In this document: piece by piece, positions 41,641 to 51,237 of the stretch
How the letters are laid out: each line of letters starts with the position of its first letter
How positions within the stretch are numbered: position 1 is the first letter of the stretch
From: an uncultured Acidobacteriota bacterium
Lineage (GTDB): Bacteria > Acidobacteriota > Blastocatellia > RBC074
Length of the DNA: 64,000 bases
Reading direction: 5' to 3'
Assembly (NCBI GenBank): GCA_963813345.1
Contig: CAWEYR010000010.1
Coordinates: 70,592 to 134,591 of the forward strand
The notes under the pieces: model-generated
Told to the model about the DNA's origin: nothing
Database searches by the model: none
The model's input: only the letters and a program-made list of their open reading frames with translations
Position numbers and translations under genes: made by a program

Positions 41641-43309
41641 GCCTCGGTTTTCTGTTCAAGCTCATTTTCGTGGACGGCCTCAGACGGGATCTCGTCCTCG
41701 GCGCCCACGCTCACAGCTTTTTCATCGTGTTTTTCCTCAGAGACTTCGGCTGATTCAGTCGTTGCTTCAGCTTCAGTCTTTAGGTTGTTGTCGATCTCTT
41801 CGGCTTCCGATTGCTCGTTCACCGATACTTCATCTACTGGCTGCTCCTCAGGAGCTTCCGATTCATCTGGCGCGGTCGACTGCTCGAGAGCGCCCTGTTC
41901 TTCATCTTCAGCTACGACGACTTCGCCTTCGCCCTCGCCCTCACCGCCTTCGTCTGCCCTCGACCGTTTCGCCCGCAGCGCCCTCTTCGAGTACGCCTTC
42001 TTCACCAAGCTCGGCTTCCTGAGCCTTTGCCGCGCGTGCATCTGCGATAGCGCGAGCATCGTCAATCAGGTCCTCAGCATCATCGAAGCTCAGATCCAGC
42101 CAGTCGCACAGATCGTCGACAGCAACCTCCGCAAGTTGTTCGATCGTTTCGACACCGTGCTCAGCGAGGAGCTCAGAATCGGATGAGTGTAATCCCTTCG
42201 ATCAGTGTCAACGGGACAACCGGTGCGCTGATGAGACGCTCCATCTGCTGAGCGATCTCCCGTTTCATCTCCTCTTCACTGCGGATATCGATGTCCCAGC
42301 CGACGAGCTTGGCGGAAAGTCTGACGTTCTGTCCCCGTTTTCCGATAGCCAGGCTCTGTTGATCAGTCTCGACAGTCACCTGAAGTTTCTTGTTCTCGAA
42401 GTCAAGAACCGTCACGCGACTGACTTTGGCTGGGGAGAGTGCGTTGGCGGCAAAGATCGCGGGGTCTTCGGACCATTCGATGATATCGATCTTCTCACCC
42501 CTGAGCTCGCGAATGATCGATTGGACTCGCGATCCCTTCATTCCAACGCAGGCGCCGACCGGATCCACGTCTCTTTCATTCGAGACAACAGCGATCTTGG
42601 CGCGTTCGCCGGGCTCGCGAACGGCTGCCTTGATGACGACCGTTCCATCATAGATCTCAGGCACTTCCATCTCGAAAAGGCGCTTGATGAGCTCGGGGCT
42701 CGTTCGCGACACTTCCACCTGCGGGCCTTTGGCTTCGCGATGAACTGTGGAAATGACAACACGAACGCGTTCACCCTGGGTGAACGTCTCGTTGCGCGAT
42801 TGCTGCTGCTTCGGCATGACTGCTTCGATAGTGGAACCCAGATCGATAATGATCCGCCCACCTTCAAAGCGCTTCACATAACCGTTGATCAGTTCGCCTA
42901 CGCGTCCGATGTACTCCTCGTAGACGTTGTTGCGTTCCGCTTCGCGGACTTTCTGAAGGATGATCTGTTTGGCAGTCTGGGCGGCGATGCGTCCCAGGTC
43001 TTCCATCGGCCTCGGCAACTCGAGAAGATCGCCGACTTCAGCACCCTCTCCGACCTCGACATTGGCTTCTTCTACTGTCATCTCGCGCGCTGAATCAGCG
43101 ACCTCGTCGACAACAGTCTTGACTGCGAACAGTTCGACGGTGCCGTTCTCGAGGTTGTATCGCGCGTGTAGATCTTCTCCGGACTTGAACTGCTTTCGCG
43201 ATGCAGTCACAACCGCATCCTCGATCGCCGAGATAATGATCTGCGAGTCGATGTTCTTTTCCTTGCTGAGAAGCTCAATGTTCTGTGCAATTGAACTCAG
43301 AGTGTTCAT
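41637..43309 (-). CDS. nusA: Transcription termination/antitermination factor NusA with long acidic C-terminal tail (2 frameshifts near 42190 and 42065)
   Basis: S1/KH core in ORF 42173..43309. AR-type segment SDSELLAEHGVETIEQLAEVAVDDLCDWLDLSFDDAEDLIDDARAIADARAAKAQEAELGEEG in a second frame (42065..42190). Acidic tail EGEGEGEVVVAEDEE...ENELEQKTEA in ORF 41637..42065. The stop overlaps the infB ATG (ATGA). Confidence 0.85.
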
Positions 43310-43365
43310 ATTTCCTTATGATCAAAATGATCAAATGATCAAAACGTTCAATTATCAAACCTGGA

Positions 43366-43833
43366 TCAAAGCTCCAGATCAATGTTAGCCTTTACAATCA
43401 TGCTCAGCGGCAGCCGGTGCCGCTTTCCCGTCTCATCCTCGAGGAGTGCCGCCGGCCCGTCTATGCTCTCCTGATCGAGTCCCACCAAAGTACCGTGGAA
43501 ATTCCGTTGGCCAGCGATCGGTTCGGCCATCCGAATATGCGCCGGGTTTCCGGCAAATCGTTCGTAATCGGCGGCTTTGTAGAGTCCGCGATCGAGGCCC
43601 GGCGAGGCAACCTCGAGTGTGTATTGGTGCGGAATCGGGTCTTCGACGTCGAGAAGAAGACTTACCCGGTCGCTTACGCGGGCGCAGTCATCGGCCGTAA
43701 CACCCCCGGGCTTATCAATGAAGATGCGGAGAAACCTGTTCTTTCCCACCGTCATTTCGGCATGAACAAGTTCGTATCCTTCATTTGTGGTGACGCGCTC
43801 TATTATTTCCTGAACTCTCGGGTCCAATATCAC
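43366..43833 (-). CDS. rimP: Ribosome maturation factor RimP
   Basis: GYELVHAEMTVGKNRFLRIFIDKPGGVTADDCARVSDRVSLLLD...LEVASPGLDR. Confidence 0.85.
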   Translation of the reverse strand: MILDPRVQEIIERVTTNEGYELVHAEMTVGKNRFLRIFIDKPGGVTADDCARVSDRVSLLLDVEDPIPHQYTLEVASPGLDRGLYKAADYERFAGNPAHIRMAEPIAGQRNFHGTLVGLDQESIDGPAALLEDETGKRHRLPLSMIVKANIDLEL

Positions 43834-43939
43834 GTCCCTGATGTGAAAAAGGTGGGCTCTCGCCCACCTCAGACGTAAAGATGATGATATCGGAAGGCTA
43901 CAAGGAAATCAAGCAAGCTGAAGCTCGTGAGCCGCAATG

Positions 43940-44027
43940 TTGGAGTGCGGCGGCTTGGCGCCGCTTTAGTCTCCTGCAGAATGATCCGATCGGGAGACTA
44001 AAGCGGCGCCGAGCCGCCGCACTTCAA
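43940..44027. repeat. Family E palindromic repeat (TTGGAGTGCGGCGGCTTGGCGCCGCTTTAGTCTCC ... GGAGACTAAAGCGGCGCCGAGCCGCCGCACTTCAA)
   Basis: Outer arms match the 35478..35570 copy. The inner stem differs. Confidence 0.75.
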
Positions 44028-44041
44028 ATTGGGCTCCAGGC

Positions 44042-44497
44042 TCAGCTTGTAGCCGCGGTGGTTACTTGTGGCAAACCGGTTTCCGGATGCTCATCAATAT
44101 CCCGCTTGATGGCGTCGAGAATTCCATTAATGAATTGAGTCGCTTCGTGTGTTGAAAAACGGCGGGCAATTTCGAGGGCTTCATTGATCGCAACTGTCTT
44201 CGGCGTCTCGGGCTGGTAAAGGAACTCGTATACGGCCAGGCGAAGAAGATTGCGGTCTACCACAGCCATGCGCGATATGCGCCAGTGCTCGGTTCGCAGC
44301 TTGATTCGTTCATCAATCTCTTTCAGGTGGGAAACTGTGCCGAGAACAAGGTCGTTTGCGAATATGCGGACATCCTCCGCCCCGTCCGCCAGCTCGCTCC
44401 AGTAAGTCTTGAGCAGATCGTCGACCGGCACTTGAGCCATGTCATGCTGAAACAGCATTTGAAGCGCGCATTCACGCGCTTTTCGCCGGGCACCCAT
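44042..44497 (-). CDS. nusB: Transcription antitermination factor NusB
   Basis: ARRKARECALQMLFQ...RISRMAVVDRNLLRLAVYEFLY. Confidence 0.85.
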   Translation of the reverse strand: MGARRKARECALQMLFQHDMAQVPVDDLLKTYWSELADGAEDVRIFANDLVLGTVSHLKEIDERIKLRTEHWRISRMAVVDRNLLRLAVYEFLYQPETPKTVAINEALEIARRFSTHEATQFINGILDAIKRDIDEHPETGLPQVTTAATS

Positions 44498-44526
44498 AAG
44501 CTTTCAATATACTGCCATGAAATTGC

Positions 44527-44991
44527 TCAGACCTCCCTGAGCAAGTTGCACATCTCGATGGCTGACATCGCAGCCTCAAATCCCTTGTTGCCGGCTTTCA
44601 CGCCAGCCCGGTTGACGGCCTGCTCGACTGTATCCGCAGTAATGATACCGTAACTCACCGGCAAACCGGTCTCCGCTGCAGCAGCAGCGATTCCTTTCGT
44701 CACCTCGGACGCGATGTATTCAAAGTGAGGCGTTTCCCCACGAATCACACAGCCTACACAAATGATGGCATCGAATCGTCCGGTCGCAGCGAACCGGCGG
44801 GCTGCGAGCGGAATCTCGAACGATCCGGGAACACGAATGATCGTGATGTCGTCATCGCGCGCACCGAGACGCCGAAGCGCGTCTTCGGCACCACTCACGA
44901 GCCTGCCGACAATCAGTTCATTCCAACGGCTGGCGACAATCGCAAAGCGAAATCCTTCAGCGCTCAGCCGTCCTTCAAGTATCCTGCTCAT
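44527..44991 (-). CDS. ribH: 6,7-dimethyl-8-ribityllumazine synthase
   Basis: FAIVASRWNELIVGRLVSGAEDAL...VPGSFEIPLAA...ICVGCVIRGETPHFEYIA. Confidence 0.9.
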   Translation of the reverse strand: MSRILEGRLSAEGFRFAIVASRWNELIVGRLVSGAEDALRRLGARDDDITIIRVPGSFEIPLAARRFAATGRFDAIICVGCVIRGETPHFEYIASEVTKGIAAAAAETGLPVSYGIITADTVEQAVNRAGVKAGNKGFEAAMSAIEMCNLLREV

Positions 44992-45055
44992 ACCAGAATC
45001 TCAGTATAGTGACCACGCGTGGTCAAGGTCAAACATCCGACTCGCACATGATAGC

Positions 45056-45961
45056 TCATCGAGTGCTCAGCGATTGAGGCTTTGGATTGCGAGGATCTGA
45101 ATAGTCATAAAAACCAAGTCCCGATTTCCGCCCCAGGAGTCCGGCAAGGACCATCCTCTTGAGCAGCGGAGGGGGCGCGAAACGTTGCTCACGAAACTCC
45201 TCAAACATGATGTTGGCGATGTAGTAAGTCGTTTCGAGTCCCACAAAATCGAGCAGCGTGAACGGGCCCATCGGGTGCCCGCACCCGAGTTTCATCGCGT
45301 TGTCGATGTCAACGATTGTTCCGACACCGTTCTCGTACGCGCGAATTGCATCCAGCATGTAGGGAACAAGCAGGCGATTGACTATGAATCCCGAACGATC
45401 ACTCGTGCGCACGACCGTCTTTCCGAGTGATTCCCCGAACTCGGCAGCTTTATCGAAGACTTCATCATCTGTGACGATCGTGCGAACTACTTCGACCAGC
45501 TTCATGATCGGGACCGGGTTGAAGAAGTGGAGCCCTACAAATCTACGCTGCCGTTCGAGCGGGACAGCTCTCATTATTTCTGTTACAGAGAGCGACGAGG
45601 TGTTGGTGGCAAAGATCGCGTCGCGCTTGCAGATGGCATCAAGTCTGGTGAACAGATCATTCTTGACGCCGAGGTTCTCGACGATCGCTTCGATTGTTAT
45701 ATCGACATCCGCCAGGTCTTCGATGCTCGTCGTTCCTTTGAGACGCCCGAGCGTCGCATCGCGATCCGCCGCGCTGACAGCCGCTTTGTCGACAAGGCGC
45801 GCGAGCGATTGCTCGATGCTCTTCATTCCGCGCGCGACAAGTTCGTCACTCACCTCAACGAGTGTTACCTCGTAACCGCTTGCGGCTGCGACCTGTGCGA
45901 TCCCCGATCCCATCAAGCCAGCACCAACGATGCCAGCACGTTTAATATTCATTACATACAC
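45056..45961 (-). CDS. hbd: 3-hydroxybutyryl-CoA / 3-hydroxyacyl-CoA dehydrogenase
   Basis: Rossmann motif GIVGAGLMGSGIAQV. ...FFNPVPIMKLVEV... Confidence 0.85.
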   Translation of the reverse strand: MYVMNIKRAGIVGAGLMGSGIAQVAAASGYEVTLVEVSDELVARGMKSIEQSLARLVDKAAVSAADRDATLGRLKGTTSIEDLADVDITIEAIVENLGVKNDLFTRLDAICKRDAIFATNTSSLSVTEIMRAVPLERQRRFVGLHFFNPVPIMKLVEVVRTIVTDDEVFDKAAEFGESLGKTVVRTSDRSGFIVNRLLVPYMLDAIRAYENGVGTIVDIDNAMKLGCGHPMGPFTLLDFVGLETTYYIANIMFEEFREQRFAPPPLLKRMVLAGLLGRKSGLGFYDYSDPRNPKPQSLSTR

Positions 45962-45976
45962 CTCCCTTTGAGCGCG

Positions 45977-47239
45977 TCATTCGGGTCGCGATTCAACTAC
46001 GCCGTATTTACGTCCTGTCGACGAGACCCAACTGCGAAGTTCCTGGCTTGCCTGCGAAAACTTTTGCGCATTGTCGCGAAGGATTGATCGCCTGAGTGCC
46101 GCGTCCGATTCAAGCAATGCCTTTCGCTGCACACGCAGCACATCGGCCAAATCGCGCCTGATGGCGTCTGCTGTTTCATCGGGCGCGTACGTCGACTCCA
46201 GCATTTGCGCAACCCGATCGAGTCGCTGAGTGACCTCATCCGTCTTGTTCGAATCTCTATCGGCACTAATCGATTGCTGCATCACTCGATTGGCTTCGTT
46301 GATGCTATCGAGAAAACTCCCGATCGAGGATGCACGGCGCGAGAGATGAGGAGAGCTGACTTGCCATGCGCGGAGAAAACTATAGCCGACAATTACAACC
46401 GAGATCGCGAGTACCGCGAGACCTATAGTGGAAATGCGTTCCTTCCCGGGCGCGATGTAAGGAATCAGAATCGCTGCAAGTGCGCCACATACCAGACCGC
46501 CAATGTGCGCTGAGTTATCGATGACAGGGACTGAGAAGCCAATCAGAAGATTGATTGCAATTACAGGAAGAACACCGCTGCCAAATCCTCGCCTGAATGC
46601 TGCCGGTAGCTCGTGTCTGTACTTGTAGCCGAAGACAGCGAGAACTCCAAAGAGACCAAATATCGCTCCCGATGCTCCAACGGATGGAATGCTTGGGTCC
46701 CGGCGAAGCAGCACGCTTCCGATGTAGCTACCCGCAACACCCGCAACTCCACAGAGAAGATATATGAGCACAAACCGGGCAGAGCCATATAGTCTTTCCA
46801 CCTGAGGACCCACCATCCAAAGTGCATACGAGTTGGAAGCGATATGAATCAACCCGCCGTGAATGAAGATCGGCGTGATCAGTCGAAACCACTCTCCCTG
46901 CTGGCTGAGAAGCTCATTTGTCTTGGCTCCAAACGCTACCAGGGTTGCCGGGTCGACGCCCGAGACAAGATTGGTCAGAAAATTTCCGCCAGCGGCGGCG
47001 GTCATAATGAGATAGATGAGAGCATTCAGTATGAGAATGGCGTAAGTCAGCGGCGTGGCGCGAGAGAAATAAGCTCGCGCGAACGCCTGGGTTGACCTCG
47101 CCTGGTCGGTCTCGACGACGGCCTGAACCGAGCGCATGCCGCAATTCACGCATTCGGGAGAGTTAGACGGTGTAGGCCGCCCACATCTCGTGCATATGCG
47201 AAACGGCCGCGGATCCGGGCCAACATTTTCCAAAGACAT
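45977..47239 (-). CDS. Rhomboid family intramembrane serine protease with N-terminal zinc ribbon
   Basis: CTRCGRPTPSNSPECVNCGM. Catalytic GASGAIFGLFG and HIGGLVCGAL. The ORF extends upstream through the Family A repeat, so the start is set at MSLENVG. Confidence 0.8.
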   Translation of the reverse strand: MSLENVGPDPRPFRICTRCGRPTPSNSPECVNCGMRSVQAVVETDQARSTQAFARAYFSRATPLTYAILILNALIYLIMTAAAGGNFLTNLVSGVDPATLVAFGAKTNELLSQQGEWFRLITPIFIHGGLIHIASNSYALWMVGPQVERLYGSARFVLIYLLCGVAGVAGSYIGSVLLRRDPSIPSVGASGAIFGLFGVLAVFGYKYRHELPAAFRRGFGSGVLPVIAINLLIGFSVPVIDNSAHIGGLVCGALAAILIPYIAPGKERISTIGLAVLAISVVIVGYSFLRAWQVSSPHLSRRASSIGSFLDSINEANRVMQQSISADRDSNKTDEVTQRLDRVAQMLESTYAPDETADAIRRDLADVLRVQRKALLESDAALRRSILRDNAQKFSQASQELRSWVSSTGRKYGVVESRPE

Positions 47240-47267
47240 AGTCCGCGATTCTATCCGATTTCGCTGT

Positions 47268-47427
47268 AGTGCTAAGTGCTGAGTGCTGAGTGCTGAGTGC
47301 TGAGTGCTGAGTGCTGAGTGTTGCAGTCTGAGTTCAAGCTTCAGCTTGCTGATCTGCGATATCCCATAGACAGCAAGCTGAAGCTTGAACTCCATACTCA
47401 GCACCCAGCACTCAGCACTCAGCACTT
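47268..47427. repeat. Family A palindromic repeat with asymmetric GTGCTGA heptamer flanks (7 left, 4 right)
   Basis: (GTGCTGA)x7 + GAGTTCAAGCTTCAGCTTGCTG (47330..47351) + 19-bp loop + CAGCAAGCTGAAGCTTGAACTC (47371..47392) + (TCAGCAC)x4. Best-preserved copy. Confidence 0.9.
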
Positions 47428-47462
47428 CTTCGGGCCTTTAAAGTTTGGTAGACTCAACGGCG

Positions 47463-49088
47463 ATGGCTTTGTTCAAACCTGACGAAAAGCGCGTCGAAGG
47501 GTCAAGTGCTGCAGCTGTTGCCGAAAACGCTCCTCAGGTCAGCCAGACCAAGGCGAGGCCGCGTGCCTTCTCGATTGGCGGACTGATCGATTCGTTTCTT
47601 GCACTTCTGAGCGCGGTGCCATTTGGCATCTTCCTGCTGGTCCTCCTGATATCAGCCTGCATGATAGGAATGCTGATTCAGCAGGTCGAGCTCCAGACCT
47701 TTCCGAAATACTTTGCAGAGCTGACACCTTCGGAAAAACTGATCTATGGCAGATTGGGATTTTTTGATATTTATCACGTCTGGTATTTCAATCTGCTGCT
47801 TCTGCTCCTGAGTCTGAACATCATTCTCGCGTCGATCGACCACTTTCCCAAAGCATGGAGCTTCGTCCGAAAGAAGAAGCTTACTGCGTCGCCGACCTTC
47901 GCGATGACACAACGGTTCAGGGAACAGGTTTTGATGCTCGGCTTCGATCGCGCTGAACTTTCGAAACGGGCGCAGGAAGCTGCGAAGGCGCTCAAGTTCA
48001 AGATTCGCACGACCGACGAGACTGACCGCACAACCATCTTCGCTGAGCGTGGGGCGTGGAATCGGCTCGGTGCTTACGCAGTACACGTTGGACTGCTGAC
48101 GATCTTTGCTGGCGGATTCCTCACAAGTCGAGGGCACACTGGTGGAGTCTGGATGGAGCCGGGCGAGACGAATGATCGGATGACGAAACAGGTCTTCAAT
48201 TTCGAAGGCGCTTCAACTCAGTTCGCCATCGGGAATCAAGACCTCGAGCTTCCCTTCTCTCTCGAGTGCCTCGATATTCAGCAGAAACTGATCAATAAGG
48301 ATGGTGGAATCGAAACCCCAAACACTCTTGATTGGCTGACTCGAGTGCGGATCAGGGACAATGAGAACGGACAGCAGGAGGAAGCTCTTGTTCACATGAA
48401 CAAGCCGTTTGACTACCGGGGCTATCGATTCTTTCAGGCGTCAGTTACGGAATTCGGAAGCGCACGCAGCGTCCGGCTCCGCGCAATTCCAGCCGCGGGT
48501 GGAACGGCAGAAGAAATCACAATTCCTCGCGGGGGCGAAGCGCGTCTGAGTGACGGCACTCGCGTTGTCTACAGGGAATTCAATCCTGATTTCAGAGTGG
48601 GTCCGGACCGCACTATTGATTCCGGTCCCGGCGTTACGTCTTACGCGAGGCCTGCGGCGCATCTCGATGTGATAAGACCAAACGGTGAGAGGGGCGATTC
48701 CTGGGCATTTACCGAAGCCGTTACAGAGACGTTGACGCAGCAAACGGCGAATGCGCCGTTTCTTCAGTCAATGCTTGCGGCCGGAGGCGGCTACAGGTTT
48801 GTTCTTCTCGACTTCGAAAAGGTAGCGAAGGCCCATATGCTCTCAGTCCAGTACGACCCGGGTGTCAAGGTCGTCTATGTCGGGTTCACGCTGCTTTGTA
48901 TGACGCTTATCGGAGTATTCTTCTTCTCGCACCAGCGAATGTGGATTGTTGTTGAAGACGGCAGGGTATCGCTCGGGGGCGACTCGAACCGCAATCGGCT
49001 GGGGTTTGAAGAGCGTCTTAAGAGGATCGCCGCCCGGATACGCGATCCGCACAAGAGAGAAGAAGTTGATAACACTCTCCGCGACTAA
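47463..49088 (+). CDS. resB: Cytochrome c biogenesis protein ResB/Ccs1
   Basis: ResB topology: N-terminal TM helices, a large soluble domain, a C-terminal TM helix. FPKAWSFVRKKKL. An alternative TTG start lies at 47445. Confidence 0.75.
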   Translation: MALFKPDEKRVEGSSAAAVAENAPQVSQTKARPRAFSIGGLIDSFLALLSAVPFGIFLLVLLISACMIGMLIQQVELQTFPKYFAELTPSEKLIYGRLGFFDIYHVWYFNLLLLLLSLNIILASIDHFPKAWSFVRKKKLTASPTFAMTQRFREQVLMLGFDRAELSKRAQEAAKALKFKIRTTDETDRTTIFAERGAWNRLGAYAVHVGLLTIFAGGFLTSRGHTGGVWMEPGETNDRMTKQVFNFEGASTQFAIGNQDLELPFSLECLDIQQKLINKDGGIETPNTLDWLTRVRIRDNENGQQEEALVHMNKPFDYRGYRFFQASVTEFGSARSVRLRAIPAAGGTAEEITIPRGGEARLSDGTRVVYREFNPDFRVGPDRTIDSGPGVTSYARPAAHLDVIRPNGERGDSWAFTEAVTETLTQQTANAPFLQSMLAAGGGYRFVLLDFEKVAKAHMLSVQYDPGVKVVYVGFTLLCMTLIGVFFFSHQRMWIVVEDGRVSLGGDSNRNRLGFEERLKRIAARIRDPHKREEVDNTLRD

Positions 49089-49117
49089 CTGTTAATTGCA
49101 ATCATCGGAGGATAGAA

Positions 49118-50734
49118 ATGGGCCAGGCAAGTAATTCAATCAATGTGCCGGTAGCGGGCTCTCCCGGATTCGGAATTGGGAATCTCAAAATCGTCAGATT
49201 CCTTCCCGCAATACTACCGCTTATCGGCGCAGGGCTGGTTGTCGCGGCGCGAAAGAAGCTCGGACCGGGCTCGATGCCGGATGACGGATCGCTGATTGTA
49301 ATAGCGGTGCTCTGTTATATCGGAGCGGCAGCGGCGCTTCTCACGAACTTCTGGGCTCCGATCCGCATGCTGGAAAGATTTGGGCTGATCGTCGGCTCTC
49401 TCGGCGTGTTCTTCAATCTTTCAGGCTGGCTGGTACGGTGGGTAACTGCAGGCGAGCGCGAGAACTGGATTCGGATGACCAACCAGATTACGGGCGAATA
49501 CCATTCCTGGTGGTTCTTCTCCTACGTTCCGTTTGCGAATCTCTACGATCTCTCGGTTGCATTCGCCTTCGGAGCCGGCTTCGCGACGATGCTTGTGAGC
49601 AATCGGCCGAAAGCCCGTTTTGCGGGCGCGCTATCGATGCCTCTTATTGCGCTGGTCCTGCTCCTCGCGATCTTTATCGGCGATGAGTTCATGAATCTGC
49701 CTCCTGTGCTCGATAGCTACTGGCGCCCGATTCACGTCGGAGTGGCATCACTCAGTTATGGCGTCGCGCTGGTGAGCTTCGCGCTTGCGGTTCTCTACCT
49801 GGTGAAGGACGGCTTAAAGATAGAATCGATGGGGATTGCTGTGACTACGTTTCTTCTTGCAGGATTCGTGATTTTCAGCAACGCCTTCTCGTTCTTCACG
49901 GCGAGCTACAAGCTTACCCCGGTGATTCCTGCCGACAACGGCATATTGGCAGTGCGACCTTTGCACCTGGCACTTCCAGGCGTCGGCACGTTTGTAGCGA
50001 TTTCAATGATCATGCTGTTTGCCGTAGCAGTGTGCTTCATAGTCTACAGTGTGAAGAAGAACGAACAGGCAAAGCGCATTGGTCACCTCGTCCTGCGTGC
50101 TTCGCTGATACCGCAGGCGATCGGCATTGCAATGCTCTTCTATCGAATGAGGACGATGCGAGACCTCGGAACACTGGTAGAGGACACCCAATTACCAGCG
50201 CTTGGCAGATGGCTGGCCGGCGCGAATGCGGATCAGATGCCGGCGGCTCAACTTGTCGAGGGAGCGCGCAACTGGCTTGGGCAAAATGGCCCGCTTATGG
50301 TGTTTGACTCGCGCTCGAATCCGGTCGAGATCGCATCACTGATCACGGCCTTTGTCGCAACGCTCTTTGTAGTCTTCTTCAGCATTCAGACCGAACGGAT
50401 TCGGGAAAGTCTTCCAGCAAGGGAGAGGCTCGACAGTTTGATCTACAAGACAGTTGGCGTAGCCTTTGCTGGACTTGCAGTCCTCCTCGTGACGGGAGCG
50501 GTCTGGGCGAACGAGTCGTGGGGACGTTACTGGGGATGGGATGCAAAGGAGACGGGAGCGCTGGTGGCATGGCTCGCATACGCTGGGTATCTCCATACGC
50601 GAATTGCGCATGGATGGTCCGGCAGAAAGAGCGCCTATTTTGCTCTCGTCGGATTTCTACTTGTGATCTTTACCTATCTCGGAGTGAGTTTCCTTCTGCC
50701 GGGACTGCATTCATACGCAGGCGGGCTTGAATAG
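49118..50734 (+). CDS. ccsA: Cytochrome c-type biogenesis protein CcsA (ResC) with N-terminal extension
   Basis: Trp-rich WWD motif ESWGRYWGWDAKETGALVAWLAY. Conserved His in HTRIAHGW. 538 aa. Confidence 0.8.
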   Translation: MGQASNSINVPVAGSPGFGIGNLKIVRFLPAILPLIGAGLVVAARKKLGPGSMPDDGSLIVIAVLCYIGAAAALLTNFWAPIRMLERFGLIVGSLGVFFNLSGWLVRWVTAGERENWIRMTNQITGEYHSWWFFSYVPFANLYDLSVAFAFGAGFATMLVSNRPKARFAGALSMPLIALVLLLAIFIGDEFMNLPPVLDSYWRPIHVGVASLSYGVALVSFALAVLYLVKDGLKIESMGIAVTTFLLAGFVIFSNAFSFFTASYKLTPVIPADNGILAVRPLHLALPGVGTFVAISMIMLFAVAVCFIVYSVKKNEQAKRIGHLVLRASLIPQAIGIAMLFYRMRTMRDLGTLVEDTQLPALGRWLAGANADQMPAAQLVEGARNWLGQNGPLMVFDSRSNPVEIASLITAFVATLFVVFFSIQTERIRESLPARERLDSLIYKTVGVAFAGLAVLLVTGAVWANESWGRYWGWDAKETGALVAWLAYAGYLHTRIAHGWSGRKSAYFALVGFLLVIFTYLGVSFLLPGLHSYAGGLE

Positions 50735-50737
50735 CGA

Positions 50738-51151
50738 ATGCCAGACCTTGAACTTGAGTACACCCTTTTCTGTGAGGATGTGCGCTTTGAGGCCTCTAAT
50801 CACCTGAGCCTGATGGGCGTGACTCATCAGGTAGTTGTTCCTCGCCTGCCAATCACGGTTATCAAGTTCGCAGTGATAACTCACTGGCGAGGTGAGGGGC
50901 AGTATTTGAGTGAAGTTCGTATCCTGACGCCCGATCGAATGCAGACAGTAGCGGTGTCTCAGCCGGGAAGCTTTGTAGTTCCGGCTGACGGCTACTCAGA
51001 CAATGTCACTGTCTTCGTGAACCTCAATATCTTCCAGTCCGGCAATCATGTCGTTCAGGTACTGGTAAATTCAAATGTGTTCGCGGAGCGTTTGCTGCCT
51101 GTAATGCTCATGGAAAACCAGCCGGTTCCCGAGAGCGAACACGTCAACTAG
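50738..51151 (+). CDS. Hypothetical protein (137 aa), translationally coupled to ccsA
   Basis: Start 4 nt after the ccsA stop. No recognised motif. Coding-like composition. Confidence 0.45.
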   Translation: MPDLELEYTLFCEDVRFEASNHLSLMGVTHQVVVPRLPITVIKFAVITHWRGEGQYLSEVRILTPDRMQTVAVSQPGSFVVPADGYSDNVTVFVNLNIFQSGNHVVQVLVNSNVFAERLLPVMLMENQPVPESEHVN

Positions 51152-51152
51152 G

Positions 51153-51220
51153 CATGTCGTACCGCCTTCAGGCGGAATCGTGACAAGCAAAGATTCCGCC
51201 TGAAGGCGGTACAACGTGCC
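51153..51220. repeat. Family B double hairpin repeat
   Basis: CATGTCGTACCGCCTTCAGGCGGAATCG + 11 nt + GATTCCGCCTGAAGGCGGTACAACGTGCC. Confidence 0.8.
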
Positions 51221-51237
51221 ATCATCCAAAGTCACCC

